From a virus: DNA of 64,000 nt. The notes below the pieces were generated by a model that was given only the letters and a program-made list of their open reading frames with translations, was not told the DNA's origin and did not search any database. The stretch is taken from IMG/VR virus record IMGVR_UViG_3300010033_000001, positions 1 to 64,000 of that record, one strand, 5' to 3'. Below, piece after piece: positions 22,301 to 30,973 of this stretch. The position numbers and the translations under genes were made by a program. Position 1 is the stretch's first letter; each line of letters opens with the position of its first letter.

Positions 22301-23726
22301 CGAACAGGCTCAGTTTATTTTCATCCTCATCAGGAATCGCACCATGCTTTCGCATTTCATTTATCACTGCCTGGCTCTCCTTGTCATTGACCTCTGACAT
22401 GTCAATCTCAGCTGTCTTTGCCTTTGGCGCCTTAGGTTTCTTTTCCTGTGGTTGCTTTGATGGCGCTTCAGCCGCATCTTGCTTAGGCTCAGCTGTAGGC
22501 TCGTCACCCTTCTCAAGGGATTTTGCTGATGCGTCAGTGTCATCGTATTCCTTTGACTTACTATTGAATTTGAATCCTACCTTTTTGGCAAACTCAGTGA
22601 TTGTTTTTTTAACGGCTTTTTTACAAGTATCAGGCAACTCAGAAACCAAATCAAACCACATGTTAATGTCGTTCGCACTGGTAACAGTCTGACTCAGCTT
22701 ATCATTAAAGAGCACACCTACCTTTTCGGCCAATGGCAAATCGATCATCTTTTGTATACGATTTTGCAGATTTTCGAAATGATCCCCTATAAATTCGGTA
22801 GCATCATCATAGTCATCGAATGCATCAATTATATCACATAATATTTTGGTGACACGTTGATCGATCAGACCTATAACTTGTTTGCGGGTGATAGGGTCCA
22901 GTTCGTTAGCTTTGTCATGTACCTCGTCGAATCCGGCAACATCATCGATCGAATTGATCACATCATCAAACTCATTGATAATATCCATTGCTTTTTGTTG
23001 CTCTTCGCTCATCTGGTTGAAACACTCATGCGTCTTATCCAGAATTCTTTGCATGAATCCTTTCCAGGTAGGATCTGTGTAATAAGGTAACTCGAGTACC
23101 TCAAATCCGGGTGCATTCTTTCCAAAATGATGATCCCGGGGTGTAAAATCAAGTATATGTTTTCCACCCTTGATCTGCATGTACCCTACCAGGTCGGAAA
23201 TACCTAATAGAATGTCATAGGATCCACCGGTAACCTTTGGAATATACCTTATCTCGTCACCATTCTTTTCGGTGGTGGCGTGGGCAATTATGATCAGATC
23301 AACGCCCTTGTTTTTCAATTTGCGCTTAAGGACCTTTTCAAATTGATGCTTCAACACACCATAACCCTGAAGGCTCAGGGCGCCATCCCCTCGGGAGTTC
23401 TTTTTATCGGCTTCAATGATATAGTCGCTTGCATAGTTCAAAAGTTCCTCAGCCGTATCACATACAATCGTTTTGACACCATATTCACCAATGAAGTCGC
23501 CATGTTCACTTTTTCCATCAATGAAATCAAGGAACTCCTGCCAACTGTCCATTTTCAAGGTAGCCGCCCGGCCATATGCCCGCTGGGCCCCATCATCAAA
23601 GTCAATCAATAAACAATTATCGGCTGTTATAGCCAATGATGTTTTTGCTACCCCGGGTTCACCATACTTGGTAATAATCAGGTTACGATCAGGTAGCGGC
23701 TCGTTAGGTAATATCAGTTTTGCCAT
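22269..23726 (-). CDS. AAA/RecA-like ATPase (AAA_24-like) with a long charged C-terminal extension
   Basis: Walker A-like YGEPGVAKTS and Walker B-like TIVCDTAEE. Lys/Glu/Pro-rich tail. Confidence 0.55.
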   Translation of the reverse strand: MAKLILPNEPLPDRNLIITKYGEPGVAKTSLAITADNCLLIDFDDGAQRAYGRAATLKMDSWQEFLDFIDGKSEHGDFIGEYGVKTIVCDTAEELLNYASDYIIEADKKNSRGDGALSLQGYGVLKHQFEKVLKRKLKNKGVDLIIIAHATTEKNGDEIRYIPKVTGGSYDILLGISDLVGYMQIKGGKHILDFTPRDHHFGKNAPGFEVLELPYYTDPTWKGFMQRILDKTHECFNQMSEEQQKAMDIINEFDDVINSIDDVAGFDEVHDKANELDPITRKQVIGLIDQRVTKILCDIIDAFDDYDDATEFIGDHFENLQNRIQKMIDLPLAEKVGVLFNDKLSQTVTSANDINMWFDLVSELPDTCKKAVKKTITEFAKKVGFKFNSKSKEYDDTDASAKSLEKGDEPTAEPKQDAAEAPSKQPQEKKPKAPKAKTAEIDMSEVNDKESQAVINEMRKHGAIPDEDENKLSLFDGAEPETVES

Positions 23727-24433
23727 TATGCATCAAGTTTGGTTTTAAAGAAGTCAGATTTCTTTTCGATAGGCGGGTATAAATCAACTAGCTCGTCACC
23801 GATCAACTCTTGTTGAGGATTAACACCATTCAAGGCATCGGGTTGCTTCACAGTCTTTAAAAACGATTCGCGTTGTTTAAGCTCAGCATTGGACTGTTCC
23901 ACCTTAGATTTAAGCTCGTTCCATGTGCCATCATTGGAATAGTCGTATACGGTTCGTGATGTCCTGGTGATGAGGAAGTTTTCAACATGGAATACCTTTT
24001 CTGATTCAGGAATCTGATCAAGCAGGAAATCGATAATTTGCTTTTTGATACCTACCTTGCTATCAGCAAACAGTGATTCAAATGCCAGAATACGAGCGTA
24101 GTGTTTTTTAGCAGTATCGACATCAATTTCGCCGTTCGCGATCGCCTCAGCGTAATGACTCACTGCCATATCCTTAAGGTCTCTGTTTAGGGCTGTGAAC
24201 ACATCAAGGTAATCTATATGTGGCCCATGACTTTCATGAACCTCAGTGAATGGTAAATCAGCAATTGCACGAGCCTCGACGGCTTCCTCAACCAATATGG
24301 CCACCGTATCTACTTTAGTTACCGGGTTACCTTTCTGGTTTACCTTACCCTCTGTTTTCATCTGCCGGTTAATCGCCCGTACTTCGTCATCAAGTTCGGT
24401 CTCCAGTTTAATTTGCATTGATATTTGATTCAT
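23726..24433 (-). CDS. hypothetical protein
   Basis: 235-aa ORF preceded by a promoter box; stop and start abut the ATPase gene. Confidence 0.5.
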   Translation of the reverse strand: MNQISMQIKLETELDDEVRAINRQMKTEGKVNQKGNPVTKVDTVAILVEEAVEARAIADLPFTEVHESHGPHIDYLDVFTALNRDLKDMAVSHYAEAIANGEIDVDTAKKHYARILAFESLFADSKVGIKKQIIDFLLDQIPESEKVFHVENFLITRTSRTVYDYSNDGTWNELKSKVEQSNAELKQRESFLKTVKQPDALNGVNPQQELIGDELVDLYPPIEKKSDFFKTKLDA

Positions 24434-24454
24434 TGTATAAAGTTTAATTTATTA

Positions 24455-24485
24455 CAAATATAACACTTGTTATAAGTTACGCAAC
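24455..24485 (-). promoter_or_regulatory. promoter box (TATATTTG -7 element, -33 GTTG)
   Basis: The minus strand has TATATTTG at 24462-24455, 22 nt upstream of the ATG at 24433. Confidence 0.5.
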
Positions 24486-25040
24486 GGTATTACCTGTAAG
24501 TTCATGCAAGGCATTCAGGAAAATCTCAAACGCTTGTTCATCCGTCCAGCCAATGGGGAATTTGCTTTCAAACGGTGGTGTTGTCCTGGTAAATCCTTTT
24601 TTGAATACCAAGTACTCCCATTCAAAAAGTATCTTTTCACAAGCCTTGACCTCCTTGTGTACACTCTTTTGATAGTAGTGCATATTGAGCCCAAATTTTT
24701 TGAATATGGTTTCTTCCATACTCATTATGTAGTCCTTTAGTTCTGGCCACTGTTCGAATAGCACATCCTTAAAAGGTTTTGTCCAATCACCAAAAAAAGC
24801 CTCACTACAATCATGCAAAAGCCCGTAGATCGCCATGCGATTCGGCAACATTAGTGCAACGTAGTAACTATGTTCGGCAACCGAATAGAATCGGTTGATC
24901 TGACCTGCAAACCGGCAACACTTACTTAGTCCGGAAACTATATCATAGGGACTGACATCGTTTTCTTTGAAATCAAACAGGTCGATTTCAGTTTGTGTGG
25001 CAGTTTCAATTTTGGCCGTTAGAATCTTTTTTTCTTTCAT
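24477..25040 (-). CDS. HD-domain phosphohydrolase
   Basis: H...HD...D pattern (AEHSYYV...LLHDCSEAFFGD). Confidence 0.6.
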   Translation of the reverse strand: MKEKKILTAKIETATQTEIDLFDFKENDVSPYDIVSGLSKCCRFAGQINRFYSVAEHSYYVALMLPNRMAIYGLLHDCSEAFFGDWTKPFKDVLFEQWPELKDYIMSMEETIFKKFGLNMHYYQKSVHKEVKACEKILFEWEYLVFKKGFTRTTPPFESKFPIGWTDEQAFEIFLNALHELTGNTVA

Positions 25041-27060
25041 TGCTTTTATTGATTAGTGATTTGATCATTTCCTCCTCAACGGTAAGTATGTTATTGCTGG
25101 CATCTACCGCATCCTCCGCGATATCACGTTTTTGGTTGATGATCTCTAATTTTCTTTCATCCACGGTGTCCTTTCCAATGAAGTAATGGGCAGTTACATT
25201 TCGTTTCTGGCCAATCCTATGCGCTCGGTCCTCGGCCTGATCCTGGCCCGCTGGTGTCCACCCCATTTGGTAACAGGCCACATGCGCAGCTGCAGTGAGC
25301 GTATGGCCAAAGCCACCCTTTGCATAGGTTATGAATATGTTCATGACCTGGGGGTCATTCTGAAACATTTTCTTGTGCCGGTCGATATCATCATCATCGG
25401 TACGTCCGGATATCTCAACGCTATTCTGAAATCTTTCTTTAATCAAATCAATAACGTTGATGTTTACGCAAAAGATGATCACCTTTTCACCAGCATCATT
25501 CATCATCTTCAACCATTCGCAGAAATCATCTATACGGCCAATGGCTGACAGCTGACTCAGGTAATTCATCTTTACCAGCATTTCGGCACGCTGAGCAGCT
25601 TCTATTTTTCCGTTACTCGCCCCCTTCTTTGCCAACCAATCAAGCAAGTTGATATAAGCATGGTCATATTCCTTACGGTTGGATAACTCGAGCCTGACAA
25701 TGCGCCTGACCTTTTCCGGTAGTTCTGTAAGGACCTGCTTTTTTTCACGACGCACCAGGCACATTCGCCTTAGCCTGGTGTTTAGATCCCGGGTCACACT
25801 TCCGGTATTGAAACTTTTCGAATTGATATTGTTGTAATCCTTTTTAAACTTGTAGGCCCCACCGAATTGATCGATTAAACCTAATAGTTCAAGCTGTGCT
25901 ACCGCATCGTTCACATGATTGACAATAGGCGTACCGGTCAACAGCATACGCACTTCCATATGATCAACAATCTTATTTATGATCTTCCAGTTATCAGTTC
26001 TGTTGTTCTTCAATAAATGTGATTCATCAATGATCACACCTTTAAACAACAACTGCTTACCATTGAGGTAAATGTATTTCCTGGTTTGGCCACCTTCTGT
26101 AATTACCTTTCTGATATCATCAACGAAGAAAGTCTTGGCGCCATGGTAATTAACAATAAGGAAATCGCACATACCATGTTCGATAAATGCATCGATTTTG
26201 GCCATGTTCTTTTTTGTGGCCACCACAGCCTTGTAATCAGTCCAAGCGTGTATTTCATCGGCCCAATTATAGCGAAGTGACAGAGGGCAGAATATGACCA
26301 CAGGCATACGGTTTATACCTACAGCGGTAGCTATGGCCTGGGGTGTCTTGCCCAGTCCCATTTCGTCACATAGCCACATACGCTTAACCCTGATGCCATA
26401 GTCGACACCCACGGTTTGGTAATCATACAATCTGATTTTCAAAGGTATTTCAAGATCTACGCGCTCGAATGAATAGCTTTGTGCAAAATTGTTGTGATAG
26501 TTCCGGATGACATTCTCAGCAGGATCACTGATTTCAAATTTTTCTTTTTGCTGAAACTCCTTCAGCTCCTTGTTGTAGTTTCTTACGAATGCTTTCAGCT
26601 CCTTTGCAAAGTCGATATCAACTTCCCAATATTTTTTCTCACGGTTGCACCTCCTGACGCCGATCGGCACATTCTCCTTGAACGTCTGCAGCATCTGCTT
26701 GGTGTATCGAAAGGTGACCATGAACTTTTCACCTGAGAAATCAATGAAGTTCCGGCGTTTGATTTCGGTTCCTGAATTGGTAATGAGATCATTGTGCTTG
26801 TCAGTCTCAGCCGCCAAATCAGTGATAATACCGTAGGCCTTCAGCTCGGGAGTGAATCGTTGGATGATGACTAAAAGGTCGTATGCCTCCTTAAATTTCC
26901 ATTCCTTTTTTACCCGCATTTGTTTGATAAACTCAATTTCCTTTTCGTTTATCTTCTTGCTGAATGGAATTTTGCCTGTTACTGCAGTCAATTGTCGCCA
27001 CTCAAAGAATAGCCGTCTGATTTGTTTGTAGTTCCCATCACGGGCAAGGACTGTAGGCAT
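25006..27060 (-). CDS. SNF2-family helicase/translocase
   Basis: DEMGLGKT (motif I), DESH (motif II), C-terminal helicase motifs (QAEDRAHRIGQ). Confidence 0.85.
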   Translation of the reverse strand: MPTVLARDGNYKQIRRLFFEWRQLTAVTGKIPFSKKINEKEIEFIKQMRVKKEWKFKEAYDLLVIIQRFTPELKAYGIITDLAAETDKHNDLITNSGTEIKRRNFIDFSGEKFMVTFRYTKQMLQTFKENVPIGVRRCNREKKYWEVDIDFAKELKAFVRNYNKELKEFQQKEKFEISDPAENVIRNYHNNFAQSYSFERVDLEIPLKIRLYDYQTVGVDYGIRVKRMWLCDEMGLGKTPQAIATAVGINRMPVVIFCPLSLRYNWADEIHAWTDYKAVVATKKNMAKIDAFIEHGMCDFLIVNYHGAKTFFVDDIRKVITEGGQTRKYIYLNGKQLLFKGVIIDESHLLKNNRTDNWKIINKIVDHMEVRMLLTGTPIVNHVNDAVAQLELLGLIDQFGGAYKFKKDYNNINSKSFNTGSVTRDLNTRLRRMCLVRREKKQVLTELPEKVRRIVRLELSNRKEYDHAYINLLDWLAKKGASNGKIEAAQRAEMLVKMNYLSQLSAIGRIDDFCEWLKMMNDAGEKVIIFCVNINVIDLIKERFQNSVEISGRTDDDDIDRHKKMFQNDPQVMNIFITYAKGGFGHTLTAAAHVACYQMGWTPAGQDQAEDRAHRIGQKRNVTAHYFIGKDTVDERKLEIINQKRDIAEDAVDASNNILTVEEEMIKSLINKSNERKKDSNGQN

Positions 27061-27109
27061 GTACTAAAAATAAAGGCGCACTAAGGCCCCTATCATTGAT
27101 GAATAATAA

Positions 27110-27544
27110 TTAGGCCGTTTTTCTTATTTCGTAGTATCTACTTATGTTGTAGTAACGGCACTTTCCGGTCTTGTCATCCTTCAGTTTGAATACCAGCAAA
27201 ATAACATTTTTGCCTGACTTTTCAAACTCACTATCCAGCTGAGCAGGGCAGTTGTATGCCTTGCTAAATAGTCCCATATTGTTTTCCTGTAAGGTATCAA
27301 TGAATTGCTTAAGCTCCTCAAATTTTTGAAACTTGTCAAGCTGCTCGGTTAGCTCCTGGACATGATCAAACGCTTTGTCCTCATCTGACCTTTTGGTTGT
27401 GATGTTCACTTTAATATCAATCTTTTTGCCGTTGGCAGGATTTGTGATTTGCTCCTCAACCTTATCAGCTTTCGTTTTGGCGCGCTCGGCTTTAGCTAAG
27501 CCTTGGTAAATCTCATCTGCGTCTTTTTTGAATTCTGGTTTCAT
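27110..27544 (-). CDS. hypothetical protein (first gene of the early unit)
   Basis: 144-aa ORF 31 nt downstream of the promoter box. Confidence 0.5.
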   Translation of the reverse strand: MKPEFKKDADEIYQGLAKAERAKTKADKVEEQITNPANGKKIDIKVNITTKRSDEDKAFDHVQELTEQLDKFQKFEELKQFIDTLQENNMGLFSKAYNCPAQLDSEFEKSGKNVILLVFKLKDDKTGKCRYYNISRYYEIRKTA

Positions 27545-27574
27545 GTCTATAGTTTTTCGCTGTCTGATTTATAA

Positions 27575-27605
27575 CAAATATAACAAACCAGAATCAACAG
27601 ACAAA
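27575..27605 (-). promoter_or_regulatory. Bacteroidota-type promoter (TTTG-N19-TAtaTTTG)
   Basis: The minus strand reads TTTG (27605-27602), 19 nt, then TATATTTG (27582-27575). The conserved box TTTGTTATATTTGTTATAA is present. Confidence 0.7.
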
Positions 27606-27633
27606 GTTCAGTCCAGAATTTTTTACGGTTCAT

Positions 27634-27659
27634 AAAAAAAGGGCCGCATGAACGGCCCC
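27634..27659 (-). terminator. Rho-independent terminator ending the structural operon
   Basis: GGGCCG-TTCATG-CGGCCC followed on the minus strand by T7. Confidence 0.75.
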
Positions 27660-27697
27660 AAACTTTAACATGATATACCTAACGGGGGATTAATATA

Positions 27698-28867
27698 CTA
27701 ATTAACCATATAAATGATGTTCAAATTCAAATTACTTGAGACTTTGACGGGAAATGACTCATTGAGTTCCTGGAATTGTATCCCAGCACGAAATACCTGA
27801 CCGGTCGTTGGTGGTGTGGTAACGTTCATATGAAAAGGTAATGTGATTCTCTGAGAATCGTTAAGTGCAGGAACTATATATTGCTGAGCAATCGTTACAG
27901 GAGTTCCGGGATTAGCGGCAGGTCCGTTGATCCATTTTAAACGCACCGCTAAATCATCATTATCAGATCCTTCTCTCGCATATTCAAACGATACCCAAAA
28001 GAATAAACCACGGGTGCCCAATGTATTATCGAGGTCATCGGGTGAAAAACTAAATAAGATCATCTTGCCGCTTGCCGGTATGGTTTCCAGTCCACCGCTA
28101 CCTATGCCTAAGTGCTTTGTAATATTCCCAACTGGAGGGCTGTCTTCTTTAATTATTAAACCTTCAAGAGCGGTTATCCTGCTAGTATGGTTGTTTGTAG
28201 TGTTCGTAAGTGTATTGGTGGTATTGGTTAAAGTCTGAATTGCAGAATCAAACGCACTCTGTAGCACACGTAAGGCAATCGCGCTAGTGTTTGCTTGTAC
28301 TGATGTCTCGAGTGCTGTGATCTGTGCCTGAAGCGCATTAAAACGCGTCAGGTCATCAGCATATGCCGGCGCAGGATCCTGGACATATTCAACACCTGAG
28401 GCATTCAATGCAGAAGTACCTGCCGGCACAGTCAACCTGCCTAATACAATTTCGTTACTTGTTACGGCGCCCTCATTGGCTACTGGTTTGGACGATGGTG
28501 TGCCTTGGATGACATGATATGTAGCCTGAGCGCCTCCGGAAAGTTCTACCCTCTGATGCCTGAGTACGATAATATCTATACGTGGGTGTGTAGTGTCACC
28601 TGGTGAAATGGGAATCGTTACCGCTGCATCCTCCTTGATCACAGTGCCGTGCTTGGTCAAAGCAAAAGAATGGTTCGCACTGATTGCATTGGTTGCTAAT
28701 GTGAATTGATAACCTGTAGTATCATGATTGAGTACAAGATTAAGATCAGAACCCGGTGCGAAATCGTAACCCCGATATCTTCCGGGTACCAAGCTACCTA
28801 AAAGCCAGGTATTGATGTCGATCGTTCGATCATCAGCCAAGTACTCGAATGTTCTAGTCTGTGCCAT
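27698..28867 (-). CDS. fibre/receptor-binding-like structural protein
   Basis: 389-aa last gene of the late operon, with a Thr/Asn-rich coiled segment (TLTNTTNTLTNTTNNHTSRITALE). Call is by position. Confidence 0.3.
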   Translation of the reverse strand: MAQTRTFEYLADDRTIDINTWLLGSLVPGRYRGYDFAPGSDLNLVLNHDTTGYQFTLATNAISANHSFALTKHGTVIKEDAAVTIPISPGDTTHPRIDIIVLRHQRVELSGGAQATYHVIQGTPSSKPVANEGAVTSNEIVLGRLTVPAGTSALNASGVEYVQDPAPAYADDLTRFNALQAQITALETSVQANTSAIALRVLQSAFDSAIQTLTNTTNTLTNTTNNHTSRITALEGLIIKEDSPPVGNITKHLGIGSGGLETIPASGKMILFSFSPDDLDNTLGTRGLFFWVSFEYAREGSDNDDLAVRLKWINGPAANPGTPVTIAQQYIVPALNDSQRITLPFHMNVTTPPTTGQVFRAGIQFQELNESFPVKVSSNLNLNIIYMVN

Positions 28868-28869
28868 TA

Positions 28870-29232
28870 TTATGGTCCCTCTTTTTGGTTGTATAAGCTA
28901 GTAATATTCTCCTTGATATACTGTATGTCAGCGGCCATGGTATCAAGCTTTTCCTTGTAGTACTTCGATTCGGTGCTTAGTCGTTCAACATTTAATTTCA
29001 AGTTATTGATTTCGCTGTAATGTGACTTATGATCCTTTTCGATGGTATTGTCAACTCTCGCATCGACCTGTTTTATGTCATTGGAAAGTCGATCGATTAG
29101 ATTCTTAATTAGAAATCCAATAATCGAAACAAGTATTGTAGCGCCTAGTACGACAAAGGGTAAATGGTTAGCATCTTCAGGTGTCTGGGCCCGCTCATTT
29201 AACCAGGCTAATGAAAGAAGGATCTTAACCAT
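28870..29232 (-). CDS. membrane-anchored coiled-coil protein
   Basis: One TM (LPFVVLGATILVSIIGFLI) followed by heptad repeats. Confidence 0.5.
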   Translation of the reverse strand: MVKILLSLAWLNERAQTPEDANHLPFVVLGATILVSIIGFLIKNLIDRLSNDIKQVDARVDNTIEKDHKSHYSEINNLKLNVERLSTESKYYKEKLDTMAADIQYIKENITSLYNQKEGP

Positions 29233-29681
29233 TTTGGCAACTTCAATTTATTCTCGTAATGACGTTTATAATCAAACTGATATAATTCAACAAATCCAAT
29301 ATAAAAGGTTATTACGATAAGAGGTAGGCCAAAGATAATTATTTCATATTTAGCAAGCCATAGCCCGCCGGTTAGAATGTAATCTGTTATTCTATAAATT
29401 GAAAAGAAAAAGAATATTAACCCGATCAACTCAAGTGAATATTTTGGGTTTTTAACAATGTCATTGTATTTGGTCATAAAAGACATCAACAAATACATCA
29501 AAAAGAACATACTCACTTCATAGCCTAACAATACGGTGTACCAGTCAAGTGACCTACGATTGTGAGGCTTTAAAGGGTATAGGCTAAGCAGTTCATTACT
29601 AAGCCTAAACAATTGCGGTATCAAAATCAATAGCCCAAAAAAGACTATTGACAATATCAATACAAATTTCCAGCGGTTCAC
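29208..29681 (-). CDS. polytopic membrane protein (GTG start)
   Basis: Four or more hydrophobic helices in 157 aa. Confidence 0.5.
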   Translation of the reverse strand: MNRWKFVLILSIVFFGLLILIPQLFRLSNELLSLYPLKPHNRRSLDWYTVLLGYEVSMFFLMYLLMSFMTKYNDIVKNPKYSLELIGLIFFFFSIYRITDYILTGGLWLAKYEIIIFGLPLIVITFYIGFVELYQFDYKRHYENKLKLPKWLRSFFH

Positions 29682-29799
29682 AACGTCTTAGTTTGGTGGA
29701 CTACCTGGTGGATTTCCTGGAGGCAGGTTTCCGCCCTTATCACCGTCATCATCTCCATTGCCGACAGTCGTTCCGTTACCGTTTCCATCCGGATCATCA

Positions 29800-30069
29800 T
29801 CATCCGGAAGTCTTGTTAATAGTTCGTTTGATTTCATTTATTTGTGATTTATAGGTTTTGAGTTGTTCATCGACGCAATCCATCGATTCCTTAAATTCTT
29901 TGTTTGCACTAACCAGTTGCAAAAAATTGGCCTTAATCAATTCCATTTCCTCGAATCCTATTTGCCGTGTTTTCACCACCTTCAACAAGATGCCCAGTAA
30001 AAACATAATGGCAATGCAGCACAATACGATGAGGGACAAGCACACGTTTTGATAGATATCAGCTTCCAT
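29800..30069 (-). CDS. membrane-anchored coiled-coil protein
   Basis: N-terminal TM (VCLSLIVLCCIAIMFLLGILL) followed by a coiled coil. Confidence 0.5.
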   Translation of the reverse strand: MEADIYQNVCLSLIVLCCIAIMFLLGILLKVVKTRQIGFEEMELIKANFLQLVSANKEFKESMDCVDEQLKTYKSQINEIKRTINKTSG

Positions 30070-30075
30070 CAGTCA

Positions 30076-30444
30076 CTATGTTTTCGGTTTGCTTAGCTTA
30101 AGCGTTTTTATAGTTGACTCTTGGCCATCATACCTTTTAGCTTTTAAAGCATCCAATGCCATTTTTTCAAGCGATGTAGTTGATGAATTAGAAGAAAAAG
30201 GAACATTTGACAAGGAGAATTGTGTCACAATAGCACAACCTTCATTCAACGCTTTTTCGTTTGCATATACTGCAAATGTGTATGATGCCGGGTTAACAAT
30301 TTCTACATTCTTACCTTTATCACGGTCGTGAATAAGTTGATTACCCATATTAATATTTACCTGTGATAAAACGATCGCAGCTGCTGTATACTTGGCAAGT
30401 GTGCGATGGTCTGTATAATCTGCAATCAAAGCTAACTTTTGCAT
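30076..30444 (-). CDS. hypothetical protein
   Basis: 122-aa ORF downstream of the tail fibre gene. Confidence 0.45.
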   Translation of the reverse strand: MQKLALIADYTDHRTLAKYTAAAIVLSQVNINMGNQLIHDRDKGKNVEIVNPASYTFAVYANEKALNEGCAIVTQFSLSNVPFSSNSSTTSLEKMALDALKAKRYDGQESTIKTLKLSKPKT

Positions 30445-30455
30445 AGAATTTGATT

Positions 30456-30914
30456 TTAATCTTTAAGAATTGGTTTGATCAAGTTAAGAAATCTGTCAAT
30501 GCCATCCAATTCGAAGTTATCCCCAAAGTCCTTCGAAGCTGACAGTTTCAAGGGTGTAATTTCGGGACACTCAATTGAAGTAAGCTTGGCCCACCATACA
30601 TTTAATGCCTGAGCGACATCAGGTTTCAAATCAAGGGGTTGATTCTTTGGCATCTGAGAAACATCTACCTTGTGTTCCTCGAGTAACCATGCATCGCGCT
30701 CCATAACACAAAAATCCATTTCTGGCTGAATATGATTTTTGATCTTATGTACCTTCATACCTAGTTTCATATTCATCTTTGAAGGCAACATTGAAAGTCC
30801 AATGTTAATCTGAAAAAGTTGTTCTCGGGTCAGAACATCTGATTTTTTCTGTTCGCCTGGTTTTTTAGGCGCTGCTGTTTTGCGTGTCGTGGTTTTTCTC
30901 TGTGTTTTCGCCAT
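30456..30914 (-). CDS. hypothetical protein with a basic N-terminus
   Basis: 152-aa ORF downstream of the tail fibre gene. Confidence 0.45.
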   Translation of the reverse strand: MAKTQRKTTTRKTAAPKKPGEQKKSDVLTREQLFQINIGLSMLPSKMNMKLGMKVHKIKNHIQPEMDFCVMERDAWLLEEHKVDVSQMPKNQPLDLKPDVAQALNVWWAKLTSIECPEITPLKLSASKDFGDNFELDGIDRFLNLIKPILKD

Positions 30915-30973
30915 AGCTAATCATTAATTTTTTTCTAAATGTAAGATTTTTTATGTGCATAAAAAATCAAAGT

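Noticed and set aside
30936-30966. Promoter box upstream of 30456..30914 (TACATTTA)
   Set aside because: The -7 element ends in A rather than G and there is no TTTG at -33. This is too weak to call.
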